Notes: generated by a model not told the origin, from the letters alone. A stretch of 56,056 bases of DNA from Candidatus Kaiserbacteria bacterium RIFCSPHIGHO2_01_FULL_46_22 (GCA_001779595.1 MFKO01000002.1:148311-204366); one strand, 5' to 3'. Positions 1 to 8,540 are shown, numbered from the stretch's first letter. Program-made: numbers and translations.

Positions 1-1
1 A

Positions 2-442
2 CGTAAAAAACCGACTTTCGAAATCAACGCAGGCGACATCGAAATGGAATACTCACGTGCTGGTGGCGCTGGCGGACAAAACGTAAACAAAGTGGAATCC
101 GCCGTCCGTCTCATTCACAAACCAACTGGTGTTGACGTGCGGAGTCAGTCAGAGCGTAGTCAGCTAAAAAATCGTGAGAAGGCGATGACTTTGCTTATTG
201 CTAAGCTGGAAATGATGCACGAAGAAGAAGAGGCTCGGAAGAATGCCGAAGTGCGCAAGAACCAAATCGGTACTGGAGACCGCAGTGAAAAAATTCGCAC
301 TTATAACTTTCCTCAAAGCCGAATTACAGACCACCGAATCAAGGAATCTTGGTACAACATCGAGGAGGTAATGGCTGGAAACCTTGACAACATTATTGAA
401 GCGATGCATAAAGCCGCTAGAGGGGAGTCTGTTGCGGAATAA
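2..442 (+). CDS. prfA: Peptide chain release factor 1, C-terminal part (5' truncated by window edge)
   Basis: [10 protein letters not shown] (GGQ) and the RF1-type [21 protein letters not shown] motif; frame open back to position 2. Confidence 0.93.
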   Translation, partial: RKKPTFEINAGDIEMEYSRAGGAGGQNVNKVESAVRLIHKPTGVDVRSQSERSQLKNREKAMTLLIAKLEMMHEEEEARKNAEVRKNQIGTGDRSEKIRTYNFPQSRITDHRIKESWYNIEEVMAGNLDNIIEAMHKAARGESVAE

Positions 443-451
443 ACCGCTTCG

Positions 452-460
452 TGTTACTAT
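452..460 (+). promoter_or_regulatory. Extended -10 promoter for rpsB-tsf
   Basis: TGT-TACTAT about 120 nt upstream of the rpsB ATG. Confidence 0.55.
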
Positions 461-466
461 TTGCCC

Positions 467-582
467 GCTTTAACACCAAGAAGGTGTTCCTGGTTTCAAC
501 AAAAAAGCTTTAGGTGTAGCGCTCGTTTGCAGTAATGCACACGCGAAACTAGGTAACCTTCCAATTTCATCGTTCAATAATA
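467..582 (+). promoter_or_regulatory. Structured rpsB 5' leader (candidate S2 autoregulatory RNA)
   Basis: Hairpin AACACC/GGTGTT; 9-bp helix CCTGGTTTC(489-497)/GAAACTAGG(545-553) enclosing a TGCA-GTAA-TGCA GNRA hairpin; position matches known S2 leaders. Confidence 0.5.
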
Positions 583-1320
583 ATGTCCAATCAAAACTTA
601 ATCGACCGTATGTTTGCGGCCGGTGCACACTTTGGCTTTAAGAAAAGCCGACGGCACCCGTCAATGAAGCCATACCTCTTTGGCAGCAAAGAAGGTACTG
701 ACATATTCGACCTAGAACACTCAGTTGCTCTTCTTGAGTCCGCAAAGGAAGCTCTTAAGACTGCTGGTATGGAAGGCAAGACAGTTCTGTTTGTTGGTAC
801 CAAAGAAGAGGTATCTAAGCAGGTTCGTGAGCAAGCCGAAAAAATCAGCACCCCTTATGTTACCAATCGCTGGGTAGGTGGAATGCTTACTAACTGGAGC
901 GAAGTTAAGAAACGACTTGGTCGCTTGTCAGATCTAGTTTCACAAGGAGAAAGCGGTGAACTAGAGCGCAAATACACCAAAAAGGAGCGCGTGGTTATAA
1001 CTCGCGAGCTGAATAAGCTAATGCACAATTTCGGTGGCATCCGAACTCTAGAAAGACTTCCTGATATGCTTGTTATCATTGACCCACGTCATGACAAACT
1101 TGCTGTAGCAGAGGCACGAGAAAAGAATATTCCTATTGTCGCAGTAATGAGTAGTGATAATGACGCAAAGTCTGCTGATTATCCTGTAGTTCAGAACGAT
1201 ACTCTTCGAGCTAGTGTTGACATCGCGTTGACTGAACTAGCACAAGCGTACGCTGAAGGAAAAGCTGCTTTCGTACCTAAACCGACAAGTCTAAACAACC
1301 GTCGTCGCATCACTCGCTAG
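583..1320 (+). CDS. rpsB: 30S ribosomal protein S2
   Basis: AGAHFG, RWVGGMLTNW and AVAEAREKNIP motifs; upstream of tsf. Confidence 0.98.
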   Translation: MSNQNLIDRMFAAGAHFGFKKSRRHPSMKPYLFGSKEGTDIFDLEHSVALLESAKEALKTAGMEGKTVLFVGTKEEVSKQVREQAEKISTPYVTNRWVGGMLTNWSEVKKRLGRLSDLVSQGESGELERKYTKKERVVITRELNKLMHNFGGIRTLERLPDMLVIIDPRHDKLAVAEAREKNIPIVAVMSSDNDAKSADYPVVQNDTLRASVDIALTELAQAYAEGKAAFVPKPTSLNNRRRITR

Positions 1321-1346
1321 TTACTAATATCTAACCTGTTCTTTAT

Positions 1347-1931
1347 ATGGAGATCACATCTGCACAAATCAAAGCATTGCGTGACCAGACTGGTATTTCA
1401 GTAATGCAGTGCAAAAAAGCCCTGGAAGAAGCCGGTGGCGATATGGAAAAGGCATTAATTATCCTGAAGCAAAAGCGCAAGGAAGCTGCTGACAAAAAAT
1501 CTGACCGCACTCTTGGTGCCGGTACTGTAGGCGTTTACACTCACAACACTAGTGAAGTAGCAGCAATGGTCTTGCTCGCATCAGAGACTGACTTTGTGTC
1601 AAAAAATGAGGAGTTTGTGACACTTGCGCGCGAAATTGCTATGCATGTCGCTGCTCAAAATCCAAAATTCCTTTCCCGCGAAGAAGTGGGCGAAGAAGCA
1701 ATCGCAAAAGCAAAAGAGGTTTTTGCTGAAGACATCAAGGACAAGCCGGCGGAAATGCAGGAAAAAATTATGGAGGGTAAGTTGAGCTCATATTTCAAAG
1801 AGCAAATTTTGCTAGAACAGCCTTTTATCAAAAACCCTGATGTTACTATCGGTGAAATGGTGAACGGAGCCGTTCAAAAATTTGGCGAAAACGTATCTGT
1901 AGTGGAATTCAAAAGATTGTCGGTAAAATAA
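1347..1931 (+). CDS. tsf: Elongation factor Ts (short 194-aa form)
   Basis: IKALRDQTGISVMQCKKALEEAGGD, ETDFVSKNEEF, AMHVAAQNP. Confidence 0.97.
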   Translation: MEITSAQIKALRDQTGISVMQCKKALEEAGGDMEKALIILKQKRKEAADKKSDRTLGAGTVGVYTHNTSEVAAMVLLASETDFVSKNEEFVTLAREIAMHVAAQNPKFLSREEVGEEAIAKAKEVFAEDIKDKPAEMQEKIMEGKLSSYFKEQILLEQPFIKNPDVTIGEMVNGAVQKFGENVSVVEFKRLSVK

Positions 1932-1943
1932 ACTGACTGGAAG

Positions 1944-1990
1944 CACAAAACCGCGATGGCAGGCCTTTGGCCCGCCATCGCGGTTTTGTG
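1944..1990 (+). terminator. Long hairpin, probable terminator of rpsB-tsf
   Basis: 17-bp arms CACAAAACCGCGATGGC/GCCATCGCGGTTTTGTG plus an inner GGCC-TTT-GGCC. Confidence 0.7.
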
Positions 1991-2004
1991 TTATAATCAT
2001 CAGA

Positions 2005-2427
2005 ATGCACGTATCTGTTTGGATTCTTCTGATCAGCGGTTTTCTCCTTCTTTCACTGGCTCTTTTGTTGGCTACTGAGTCAAAAATCGGCCGCCGAATT
2101 ATTTTTGGTAGGACGCGGGCTTTTGCCGATTTACACGTCGTTGGCCTGCAAAGCAAAATGAGGAGACGAACTGAGCGATGGGGCACTTTTAACATTCGCA
2201 CCCTGTTTCACTATTTATTTCACCAGCTTCTTGGTGCGTTGTTATTCCTTAACGGTTTAGCTGAACGATATATTAGTCGTCTTCGCTACCACAACAAAAA
2301 AATTGCTCACCGTGCAAAGCAAATTTCTAGCGGAGGGCACTTAGCAGAAATTGCCGCCCATAAGGGAGATACGGCCTTATCAGACGAAGAAAAGACTGCT
2401 CGCAAAGAGCATGCTCTACGGCAATAG
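2005..2427 (+). CDS. Hypothetical membrane protein, probably leaderless
   Basis: 140-aa ORF with N-terminal TM and second hydrophobic segment; TGTTATAAT (1989-1997) 7 nt before ATG. Confidence 0.75.
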   Translation: MHVSVWILLISGFLLLSLALLLATESKIGRRIIFGRTRAFADLHVVGLQSKMRRRTERWGTFNIRTLFHYLFHQLLGALLFLNGLAERYISRLRYHNKKIAHRAKQISSGGHLAEIAAHKGDTALSDEEKTARKEHALRQ

Positions 2428-2495
2428 GCATAGAAACGATTGATCTAATAAACAACGTTGCATTTACTGATTTTTTCAGCAATAATGGGCAACCT

Positions 2496-2713
2496 GCCGC
2501 CTTAGCAGAGATGGGTGGAGGTGAGACAATCCGGTGGATTGTCGAACGGTTTTGTATATACATACAGTCCCTCTTGGTTTGGTCATAAGAAATTTTTGAG
2601 CCGGCTTAGCGAACGTTATGATAAGCAAAGGGATTTGCTTATCATCCGCAGGGGTAGAGCAACAGTTTGTATTAACATACAACCTTCGTTCATTCGGTCA
2701 TAGAAAAATGAGA
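2496..2713 (+). repeat. Two degenerate tandem copies of the tRNA-Thr leader plus 5' half
   Basis: GCCG(C/G)CTTAGC at 2496, 2600 and 2714 (the tRNA); AACGGTTTTGTA at 2545; GGTAGAGCAAC at 2653; shared CATACA...GGTCATA..GAAA spacer. Confidence 0.7.
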
Positions 2714-2786
2714 GCCGGCTTAGCTCAGTTGGTAGAGCAACGGTTTTGTAAACCGTAGGTCGTCAGTTCAAGCCTGACAGCCGGCT
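2714..2786 (+). tRNA. tRNA-Thr(UGU), 73 nt, discriminator U, CCA not encoded
   Basis: Full cloverleaf: GCCGGCT/AGCCGGC acceptor, GCTC/GAGC D stem, ACGGT-TTTGTAA-ACCGT anticodon arm, GTCAG-TTCAAGC-CTGAC T arm. Confidence 0.97.
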
Positions 2787-2817
2787 CTCATTTTTTTACG
2801 CCACTCCTTCACTCGGC

Positions 2818-2858
2818 TGTAAACCGTAGGTCGTCAGTTCAAGCCTGACAGCCGGCTC
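2818..2858 (+). repeat. Exact 41-bp direct repeat of the tRNA-Thr 3' half (att-like scar)
   Basis: Identical to 2747-2787, starts at the anticodon; 30-bp spacer between copies. Confidence 0.92.
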
Positions 2859-2898
2859 AAAGTTTTCTTACGATCCTTATCGCGTGGGGCCCTTTTCT

Positions 2899-2927
2899 TT
2901 GCAGAAAACGCCCCAGAGGGTTATATT
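2899..2927 (+). promoter_or_regulatory. Sigma70 promoter for GT2 gene
   Basis: TTGCAG-17bp-TATATT, 11 nt before ATG. Confidence 0.5.
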
Positions 2928-2938
2928 AACCTTTAAAT

Positions 2939-4489
2939 ATGGAGGATAACGCTCATCTTTTGCCGTACGCCAGACGTTCCGACTTTCACGTAGGGAGGGC
3001 TACCGAACTTTCCGGTGGCAAGCGCAAGCTTTACCGTTTTCTGGAAATACTACCCGGTTTGGCTTCTTGGACTACCTTAATCGGTATTGTGCTGTTGTCG
3101 ATTTACAGGCCATTTCTTGCGGCTTACTTCATTATAGCTTTCTCCATCTTTTGGGTGTTGAAGACGGCTTTTTTGTCCTATCACCTGCGTCACAATTGGC
3201 GACGCCTACGACACCATATGTCGCTTGATTGGCAGGATTTGGTGAGCCGTTTTGAACACGAGCATCTGTATCATTTAGTGATTTTTCCATTCTATAAAGA
3301 ACCACGGGAAGTAATTGAAGCGACCCTAGAGTCTTTGGTGCGAGTCAGTTACGATAAGAAAAAGCTGATTGTCGTACTAGCTACAGAAGAGCGCGCAGGG
3401 GGAGAAGCAGCACAAATAGCTACCGAGATGAAGGAGCGTTTTGGTGAAGAGTTTGGTCACTTTGAAATCACCTCTCACCCAGCCAACGTTCCGGGCGAGA
3501 TGGCAGGGAAGGGATCTAACGTATCTTATGCGATCGAAAAGGTCCGAGAAAAACTAATCGAACCAAACAAGATCCCATACGAGCATATAATCGTTTCTAA
3601 CTTCGATATAGATACTGTTCTCTATCCTGACTATTTCAACTGCTTGGTGTGGCATTTTATGACCGCTGAGCGTCCTCTTAAAAGTTCGTTCCAGCCAGTA
3701 CCGTTGTTCAATAACAATCTTTGGCAGGCAGGGTCACTGTCACGCGTGGTAGCAATGTCTTCAACCTTCTGGGAAATGGTGCAGCAGGAAAGACCCGAAC
3801 GAATGGCAACTTTTTCATCTCACTCAGTATCATTTCAGGCGCTTTACGAAGTGAACTACTGGCAGAGAAATATGGTGAGCGAGGATTCTCGTATTTACTG
3901 GAATTTAATGATGGCCAACGACGGAGAGTACGATGTGATTCCACTTTCGTATCCGGTGTCGATGGATGCAAACGTAGGTGGCAATCTTTTCGAAACAGTT
4001 AAAAATATCTACAAGCAACACCGGCGCTGGACTTATGGTGTGGAGAATTTTTCCTATATTGCCTACCACTTCACACGGAACAAGAACATTAGACTTGGCA
4101 AACGTATCAAAATTTTGCTTCAGCAGGCAGAAGGTTACTGGTCATTGGTTACAAATCCAATTATGCTCTTTGTACTAGGGTGGGCACCAATCTTTCTCGG
4201 TGGCCGCGTCTTCCATGAGACCGTGCTATCCTATAACCTGCCTATTGTAGTTAGAAACCTGCTAATCTTGGCAATGTTTGGTCTTGTTATATCGTCAATT
4301 ATTTCGTTGTCACTAGCACCGAAGCGCCCGGCTCATCGTTCACGTTTTGCCTACGTTGTTATGGCTATACAGTGGCTTTTAGTGCCTTTCACGATGATTA
4401 TTTTCAGCGCCTTGCCTGGACTAGATGCGCAGACTCGACTAATGTTTGGCCGTTATATGGGCTTCTGGGTAACTCCGAAAAAACGGTAG
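2939..4489 (+). CDS. Membrane-embedded GT2 (processive, cellulose-synthase-like) glycosyltransferase
   Basis: DID (DxD), SED and QHRRW (QxxRW) motifs; 2 N-terminal and several C-terminal TM helices. Confidence 0.88.
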   Translation: MEDNAHLLPYARRSDFHVGRATELSGGKRKLYRFLEILPGLASWTTLIGIVLLSIYRPFLAAYFIIAFSIFWVLKTAFLSYHLRHNWRRLRHHMSLDWQDLVSRFEHEHLYHLVIFPFYKEPREVIEATLESLVRVSYDKKKLIVVLATEERAGGEAAQIATEMKERFGEEFGHFEITSHPANVPGEMAGKGSNVSYAIEKVREKLIEPNKIPYEHIIVSNFDIDTVLYPDYFNCLVWHFMTAERPLKSSFQPVPLFNNNLWQAGSLSRVVAMSSTFWEMVQQERPERMATFSSHSVSFQALYEVNYWQRNMVSEDSRIYWNLMMANDGEYDVIPLSYPVSMDANVGGNLFETVKNIYKQHRRWTYGVENFSYIAYHFTRNKNIRLGKRIKILLQQAEGYWSLVTNPIMLFVLGWAPIFLGGRVFHETVLSYNLPIVVRNLLILAMFGLVISSIISLSLAPKRPAHRSRFAYVVMAIQWLLVPFTMIIFSALPGLDAQTRLMFGRYMGFWVTPKKR

Positions 4490-4526
4490 CTCCAAGTTTC
4501 AAGTTACAAGGTTTCAAAGCCTAGTA

Positions 4527-4557
4527 ACTTAGAAACTGAATGACTTAGAAACTGAAT
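4527..4557 (+). repeat. 15-bp direct repeat x2
   Basis: ACTTAGAAACTGAAT at 4527-4541 and 4543-4557, directly before the PEGA-gene ATG. Confidence 0.85.
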
Positions 4558-4559
4558 TT

Positions 4560-5696
4560 ATGTCTCCACAAGTACAACCTCTATCATATCGTCACCGTTT
4601 TGTGTTTTTTTACTTTTTAACGGGAATTTTCGTACTGGCGCTACCATTTCTTTATCTCTATGCCACCGGCTATCGTCTTTCATCACTTGGCGGCAACTTG
4701 ATATCAACCGGAGGCCTGTATGTAGCCACCGAACGTTCTGGTGCCCAGATTTATATTGATGATGAATTAGTACGTGAGACACGCATCTTCCGTCGTGCCT
4801 TTTATGCGCAAGGACTAGATGCCAAGACGCATAAGATTTATGTTCAAAAAACCGGCCATCACACTTGGGTTAAAGAATTGCCTGTTTACGCACATATCGT
4901 CACCGAGGCACAGGCATTCAACCTGCCTCTAGTACCGCAAGTGCGGATAATTACCGAGTGGCAGACTGAAGCTGGTGTATCTGTATTAACTTCTATTTCT
5001 CCAATCTTAAAGAACGCTTCAAGTACTAATCAGGTACTTTATGAACCAAGAGCCTCAACCTCTACTCTGGCCGTAAATTCAGAGTACGTGCAGCTAATTT
5101 CATTATTTAAGGAAACCTCAAACTACACAGAAAGCGTACTGGACCGCGCACGCGCTAATATAACCGGATCAAGCGCAACATCGACAGCTACTACCACAAA
5201 AGAATGGCGCGGCGTACAGTTATACGAAAAAGATAACGAAGTGTATGCCGCTTTCGTGGGCAATAAAGAAGAGATGCCTTATTACTATTGTGCAGAAGCT
5301 TTCCCGACTTGGGAGGAATCAAACGCCACTTCTACTGCAACTGCAAAGCATAATCTTGCGCTCACGCACGGAGCTTTAGAGGCAGCGACAGAAGTCGACG
5401 AGCTTGATCTTCCTGTACAGGCCATCTCAAATGAGGTTGAGTGCGATCCTGTAATTAAAATCGATCGCAAGAATGAAACTATTTCGGATTTTGACTTCTT
5501 CCCAAACAGCACAGACTTAATGATTATTGCTACTGAAAGCGGAATCTACGTAATAGAGATCGATGACCGTTCCTGGCAAAACCGCCAGCCACTTTTGCTC
5601 GGAAATAATTTAACCTTCAAAGTTGTAGGTAGCTCTGTTTATGCTTATGATGGAAAAGTTATCTATCAGATTAGTATCAGTCAAAACTGGTTTTAA
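4560..5696 (+). CDS. Membrane-anchored PEGA-domain protein
   Basis: N-terminal TM, then GGLYVATERSGAQIYIDDEL...HKIYVQKTGHHTW (PEGA-like); Ser/Thr-rich extracellular stretches. Confidence 0.75.
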   Translation: MSPQVQPLSYRHRFVFFYFLTGIFVLALPFLYLYATGYRLSSLGGNLISTGGLYVATERSGAQIYIDDELVRETRIFRRAFYAQGLDAKTHKIYVQKTGHHTWVKELPVYAHIVTEAQAFNLPLVPQVRIITEWQTEAGVSVLTSISPILKNASSTNQVLYEPRASTSTLAVNSEYVQLISLFKETSNYTESVLDRARANITGSSATSTATTTKEWRGVQLYEKDNEVYAAFVGNKEEMPYYYCAEAFPTWEESNATSTATAKHNLALTHGALEAATEVDELDLPVQAISNEVECDPVIKIDRKNETISDFDFFPNSTDLMIIATESGIYVIEIDDRSWQNRQPLLLGNNLTFKVVGSSVYAYDGKVIYQISISQNWF

Positions 5697-5698
5697 TT

Positions 5699-6418
5699 AT
5701 GAATCTCAAACCTGGACATAAACATCCTTTGACGCAGATAATGGGCGAGGTAAACTCGATCTTTGCCGAGCTCGGGTTCGTCTTTGCTGATGGTCCGGAG
5801 TTGGAAGAGATTCGCTACAATTTTGACCTGTTAAATGTTCCAAAAGACCATCCGTCTCGGGATATGCAGGATACCTTTTACATTGAAGGTAAGCCGGACA
5901 ACGTACTTCGTACACACACTTCTCCAGTTCAAGTACGCTATATGGAAAACCACCAGCCGCCGATTCGCATTATTGTTCCTGGCAAGGTATTCCGCAACGA
6001 AGCCACAGATGCCACTCACGAGGCACAATTCTATCAACTAGAAGGTCTGATGGTGGACAAAAACGTATCGCTTGGACACCTTAAAGGCACCTTGGAATTC
6101 TTTTTTTCACGCTTCTTTGGAGGCAAGACTGAAATACGTTTGCGTCCTAGCTTTTTCCCATTCGTAGAACCTGGTGTTGAAGTGGATATGCGCCTGACCG
6201 GAGATGATGCCCCAGAAAAACTGCGAGGCCGCTGGATTGAAATTATGGGCGCCGGAATGGTGCACCCTAACGTGCTTAAAAATGCTGGTATTGATCCCAC
6301 TATTTACCAAGGGTTTGCTTTTGGTATGGGTATGGATCGTTTAGCAATGATGAAATATGGCGTCGATGATGTGCGGCTTTTTTATACTGGTGATTTGCGT
6401 GTAGTAAATCAATTCTGA
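5699..6418 (+). CDS. pheS: Phenylalanyl-tRNA synthetase alpha subunit (no N-terminal arm)
   Basis: HPSRDMQDTFY, LRTHTSPVQ, FPFVEP and GFAFGMG motifs. Confidence 0.97.
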   Translation: MNLKPGHKHPLTQIMGEVNSIFAELGFVFADGPELEEIRYNFDLLNVPKDHPSRDMQDTFYIEGKPDNVLRTHTSPVQVRYMENHQPPIRIIVPGKVFRNEATDATHEAQFYQLEGLMVDKNVSLGHLKGTLEFFFSRFFGGKTEIRLRPSFFPFVEPGVEVDMRLTGDDAPEKLRGRWIEIMGAGMVHPNVLKNAGIDPTIYQGFAFGMGMDRLAMMKYGVDDVRLFYTGDLRVVNQF

Positions 6419-6420
6419 TT

Positions 6421-8310
6421 ATGAAAGTTTCCTACAATTGGTTAAATAAATATTTTGACGGCAAGCTTCCTGAGGCAGAAGCCGTGGCTGATGCTTTCAC
6501 TTTCCACGCTTGGGAAATTGAGGATATTGAGAAGGTAGGTAACGACACTCTGCTCGATGTAAAAGTTTTACCTGACAAAGCAATGTGGGCTCTCTCGCAC
6601 CGAGGCATAGCAAAAGATCTATCGGTGATTTTAAATATTCCTCTCGCTAAAGATGCGTTGGCAAATAAGGTCTCGCTGGGAGCAGCCTCAACAATCGGCA
6701 TCGTCCTAGAAACAGACAACTGCCGCCGCTTCGTGGCGGCACACATCACCGGCGTAAAAGTCGGTCCATCGCCAGAGTGGTTGAAAACTGCGCTTGAGAC
6801 TATTGGTCAAAGAAGCATCAACAACATTGTTGATGCCAGCAACTACGTAATGTTCGACTTAGGACAGCCTTCGCACGCTTTTGACGCTAGGCACATTGGT
6901 GCGGAAGGTTTTAAAGTACGACACGCTAGAGACGGTGAAAAATTAACTGGGCTTGATGGAATTGAATACACCTTTTTACAAACCGACACAGTAATTGCTC
7001 GCAATGACACTGATGAAATACTAAGCATCGCTGGACTTAAAGGTGGACAGCATTCAGGCATTAGTGATGACACAACCGATGTTATTGTCGAAGTCGCCAA
7101 TTGGGATCCTGTTACCACACGGCGGACGGGGCAAAGGCTCAAACTGCGCACTGATGCTTCGTCTCGTTACGAGAATGGTGTCGTGCCAGAAATGGTACCT
7201 TACGGTTTAAGTACGGTAATTGATCTTATTCTTGAAATCGCCGGTGGGGAAGTCACGAGTTATAGCGAAGTGGTCAACACTACTACGGTGCTGGGGCAGG
7301 TTAACGTATCACTCACCAAGATAAATAACGTACTTGGTCTTTCTCTAACTACAGATGAAGTATCAACCATTTTAGAGCGTTTTGGCTGGCAGTACCGAGC
7401 AAACAACGAAGAATTTTTAATAACGCCGCCATTCGAGAGAACGGACTTGGTTATTGGAGAAGACGTAATAGAAGAAATTGGTCGCATCTACGGATATCAA
7501 CACATCACTGCTGTTGTGCCCGATCCAGTGCCACTACTAGATATCAATAAGCGTTTCTATTATTCGGAAGTTGTTCGTGACAGCCTTATTGCGTTTGGCT
7601 TTTCTGAAATATTTACCAGCTCTTTCCGAGCTAATGATGAAATAAAGATCGCCAATGCCCTCGCCTCTGATAAGGGTTACTTGCGCAGTTCACTCAAAGA
7701 CAATCTTAAGGAAGCACTTCAAAAAAACGCTCCAAACGCAGATCTTTTAGGAATTAGGCAGATTCAAATTTTCGAAATTGGCACTGTTTTTAATTCATCC
7801 GGAGAATCTCTAATGCTTTCAATTGGAGTACAAAGTCCGTCTGGTTACAAAGCTAAATCCGATGAGCCTATAATCACCGAGGCTTTGCAGTCATTAGGCG
7901 AACAATTAGGACACATGGTGCAAGAAAAGAGCGAGGGAGGAATTGTAGAGATTAATCTTGGTACCCTGATCGATCAACTGCCTTCGGTATCAAATTATCA
8001 AAATTTTAAGCAACCTTCTGATGTTACTTACCGACCTTTTTCGAGTTATCCGGCAATAGTGCGAGACATTGCAATGTGGGTGAGCGGTGAGGAAGACGAA
8101 ACCAACATCGTTTCAATCTTGAAGGACACAGCTGGTCCATTATGTGTCCGTACAACCTTGTTTGACCGCTTCGAAAAAGACGGACTCACATCCTATGCCT
8201 TCCGACTTGTTTTTCAATCAACCGATCGTACTTTAACTGACAATGAAGTGAATTCGGTAATGGACAATGTGTACGAGTCTGTCAGGGAACGCAATTGGGA
8301 AGTGCGTTAA
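6421..8310 (+). CDS. pheT: Phenylalanyl-tRNA synthetase beta subunit (no B2 OB fold)
   Basis: MKVSYNWL start, RSINNIVDASNYVM, EEIGRIYGY, C-terminal anticodon-binding domain RDIAM...DRTLTD. Confidence 0.96.
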   Translation: MKVSYNWLNKYFDGKLPEAEAVADAFTFHAWEIEDIEKVGNDTLLDVKVLPDKAMWALSHRGIAKDLSVILNIPLAKDALANKVSLGAASTIGIVLETDNCRRFVAAHITGVKVGPSPEWLKTALETIGQRSINNIVDASNYVMFDLGQPSHAFDARHIGAEGFKVRHARDGEKLTGLDGIEYTFLQTDTVIARNDTDEILSIAGLKGGQHSGISDDTTDVIVEVANWDPVTTRRTGQRLKLRTDASSRYENGVVPEMVPYGLSTVIDLILEIAGGEVTSYSEVVNTTTVLGQVNVSLTKINNVLGLSLTTDEVSTILERFGWQYRANNEEFLITPPFERTDLVIGEDVIEEIGRIYGYQHITAVVPDPVPLLDINKRFYYSEVVRDSLIAFGFSEIFTSSFRANDEIKIANALASDKGYLRSSLKDNLKEALQKNAPNADLLGIRQIQIFEIGTVFNSSGESLMLSIGVQSPSGYKAKSDEPIITEALQSLGEQLGHMVQEKSEGGIVEINLGTLIDQLPSVSNYQNFKQPSDVTYRPFSSYPAIVRDIAMWVSGEEDETNIVSILKDTAGPLCVRTTLFDRFEKDGLTSYAFRLVFQSTDRTLTDNEVNSVMDNVYESVRERNWEVR

Positions 8311-8333
8311 ATAACAAAAGAGGGGCAATGCGC

Positions 8334-8528
8334 TTAGGCAGCTTGTCCCTCTTTCTTTTCTACTTCCTCTTTGTGTGGCTTAGGAGGGTTGACTTGAGCT
8401 CCCATTTGTTGGAGCTGCTCTTGCATAACCCAACGAGGTTCTTCCTGTTGTCTGTGCTGCATTGACTTCTCCTTTCCTATTTCCAATCCTACACCTAGTA
8501 TTTGGAAAAGATAATTTAAAAAGTGCAT
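8334..8528 (-). CDS. Possible small hypothetical protein
   Basis: 64-aa ORF filling an intergenic gap, hydrophobic N-terminus then Gln/Glu-rich; overlaps the pheT terminator-like hairpin. Confidence 0.35.
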   Translation of the reverse strand: MHFLNYLFQILGVGLEIGKEKSMQHRQQEEPRWVMQEQLQQMGAQVNPPKPHKEEVEKKEGQAA

Positions 8529-8540
8529 AAGTACAAAATG

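Noticed and set aside
2476-2703. ORFs 2515-2703(+) and 2476-2682(-)
   Set aside because: They overlie the tRNA-derived repeats and hairpins, with no RBS or promoter support and no recognisable motif.
2788-2817. Intact integrative element at tRNA-Thr
   Set aside because: Only 30 bp separate the att-like repeats, and there is no integrase in the window.
2496-2858. CRISPR array, TIGR-like array or intron-split tRNA
   Set aside because: Units are few, degenerate and tRNA-derived; no cas or Nop-domain gene is nearby; an intact uninterrupted tRNA is present and no group I/II intron core was recognised.
6416-6418. Alternative genetic code (UGA=Gly, as in Gracilibacteria/Absconditabacteria)
   Set aside because: TGA terminates pheS at its expected end, and all conserved genes are full-length under code 11.
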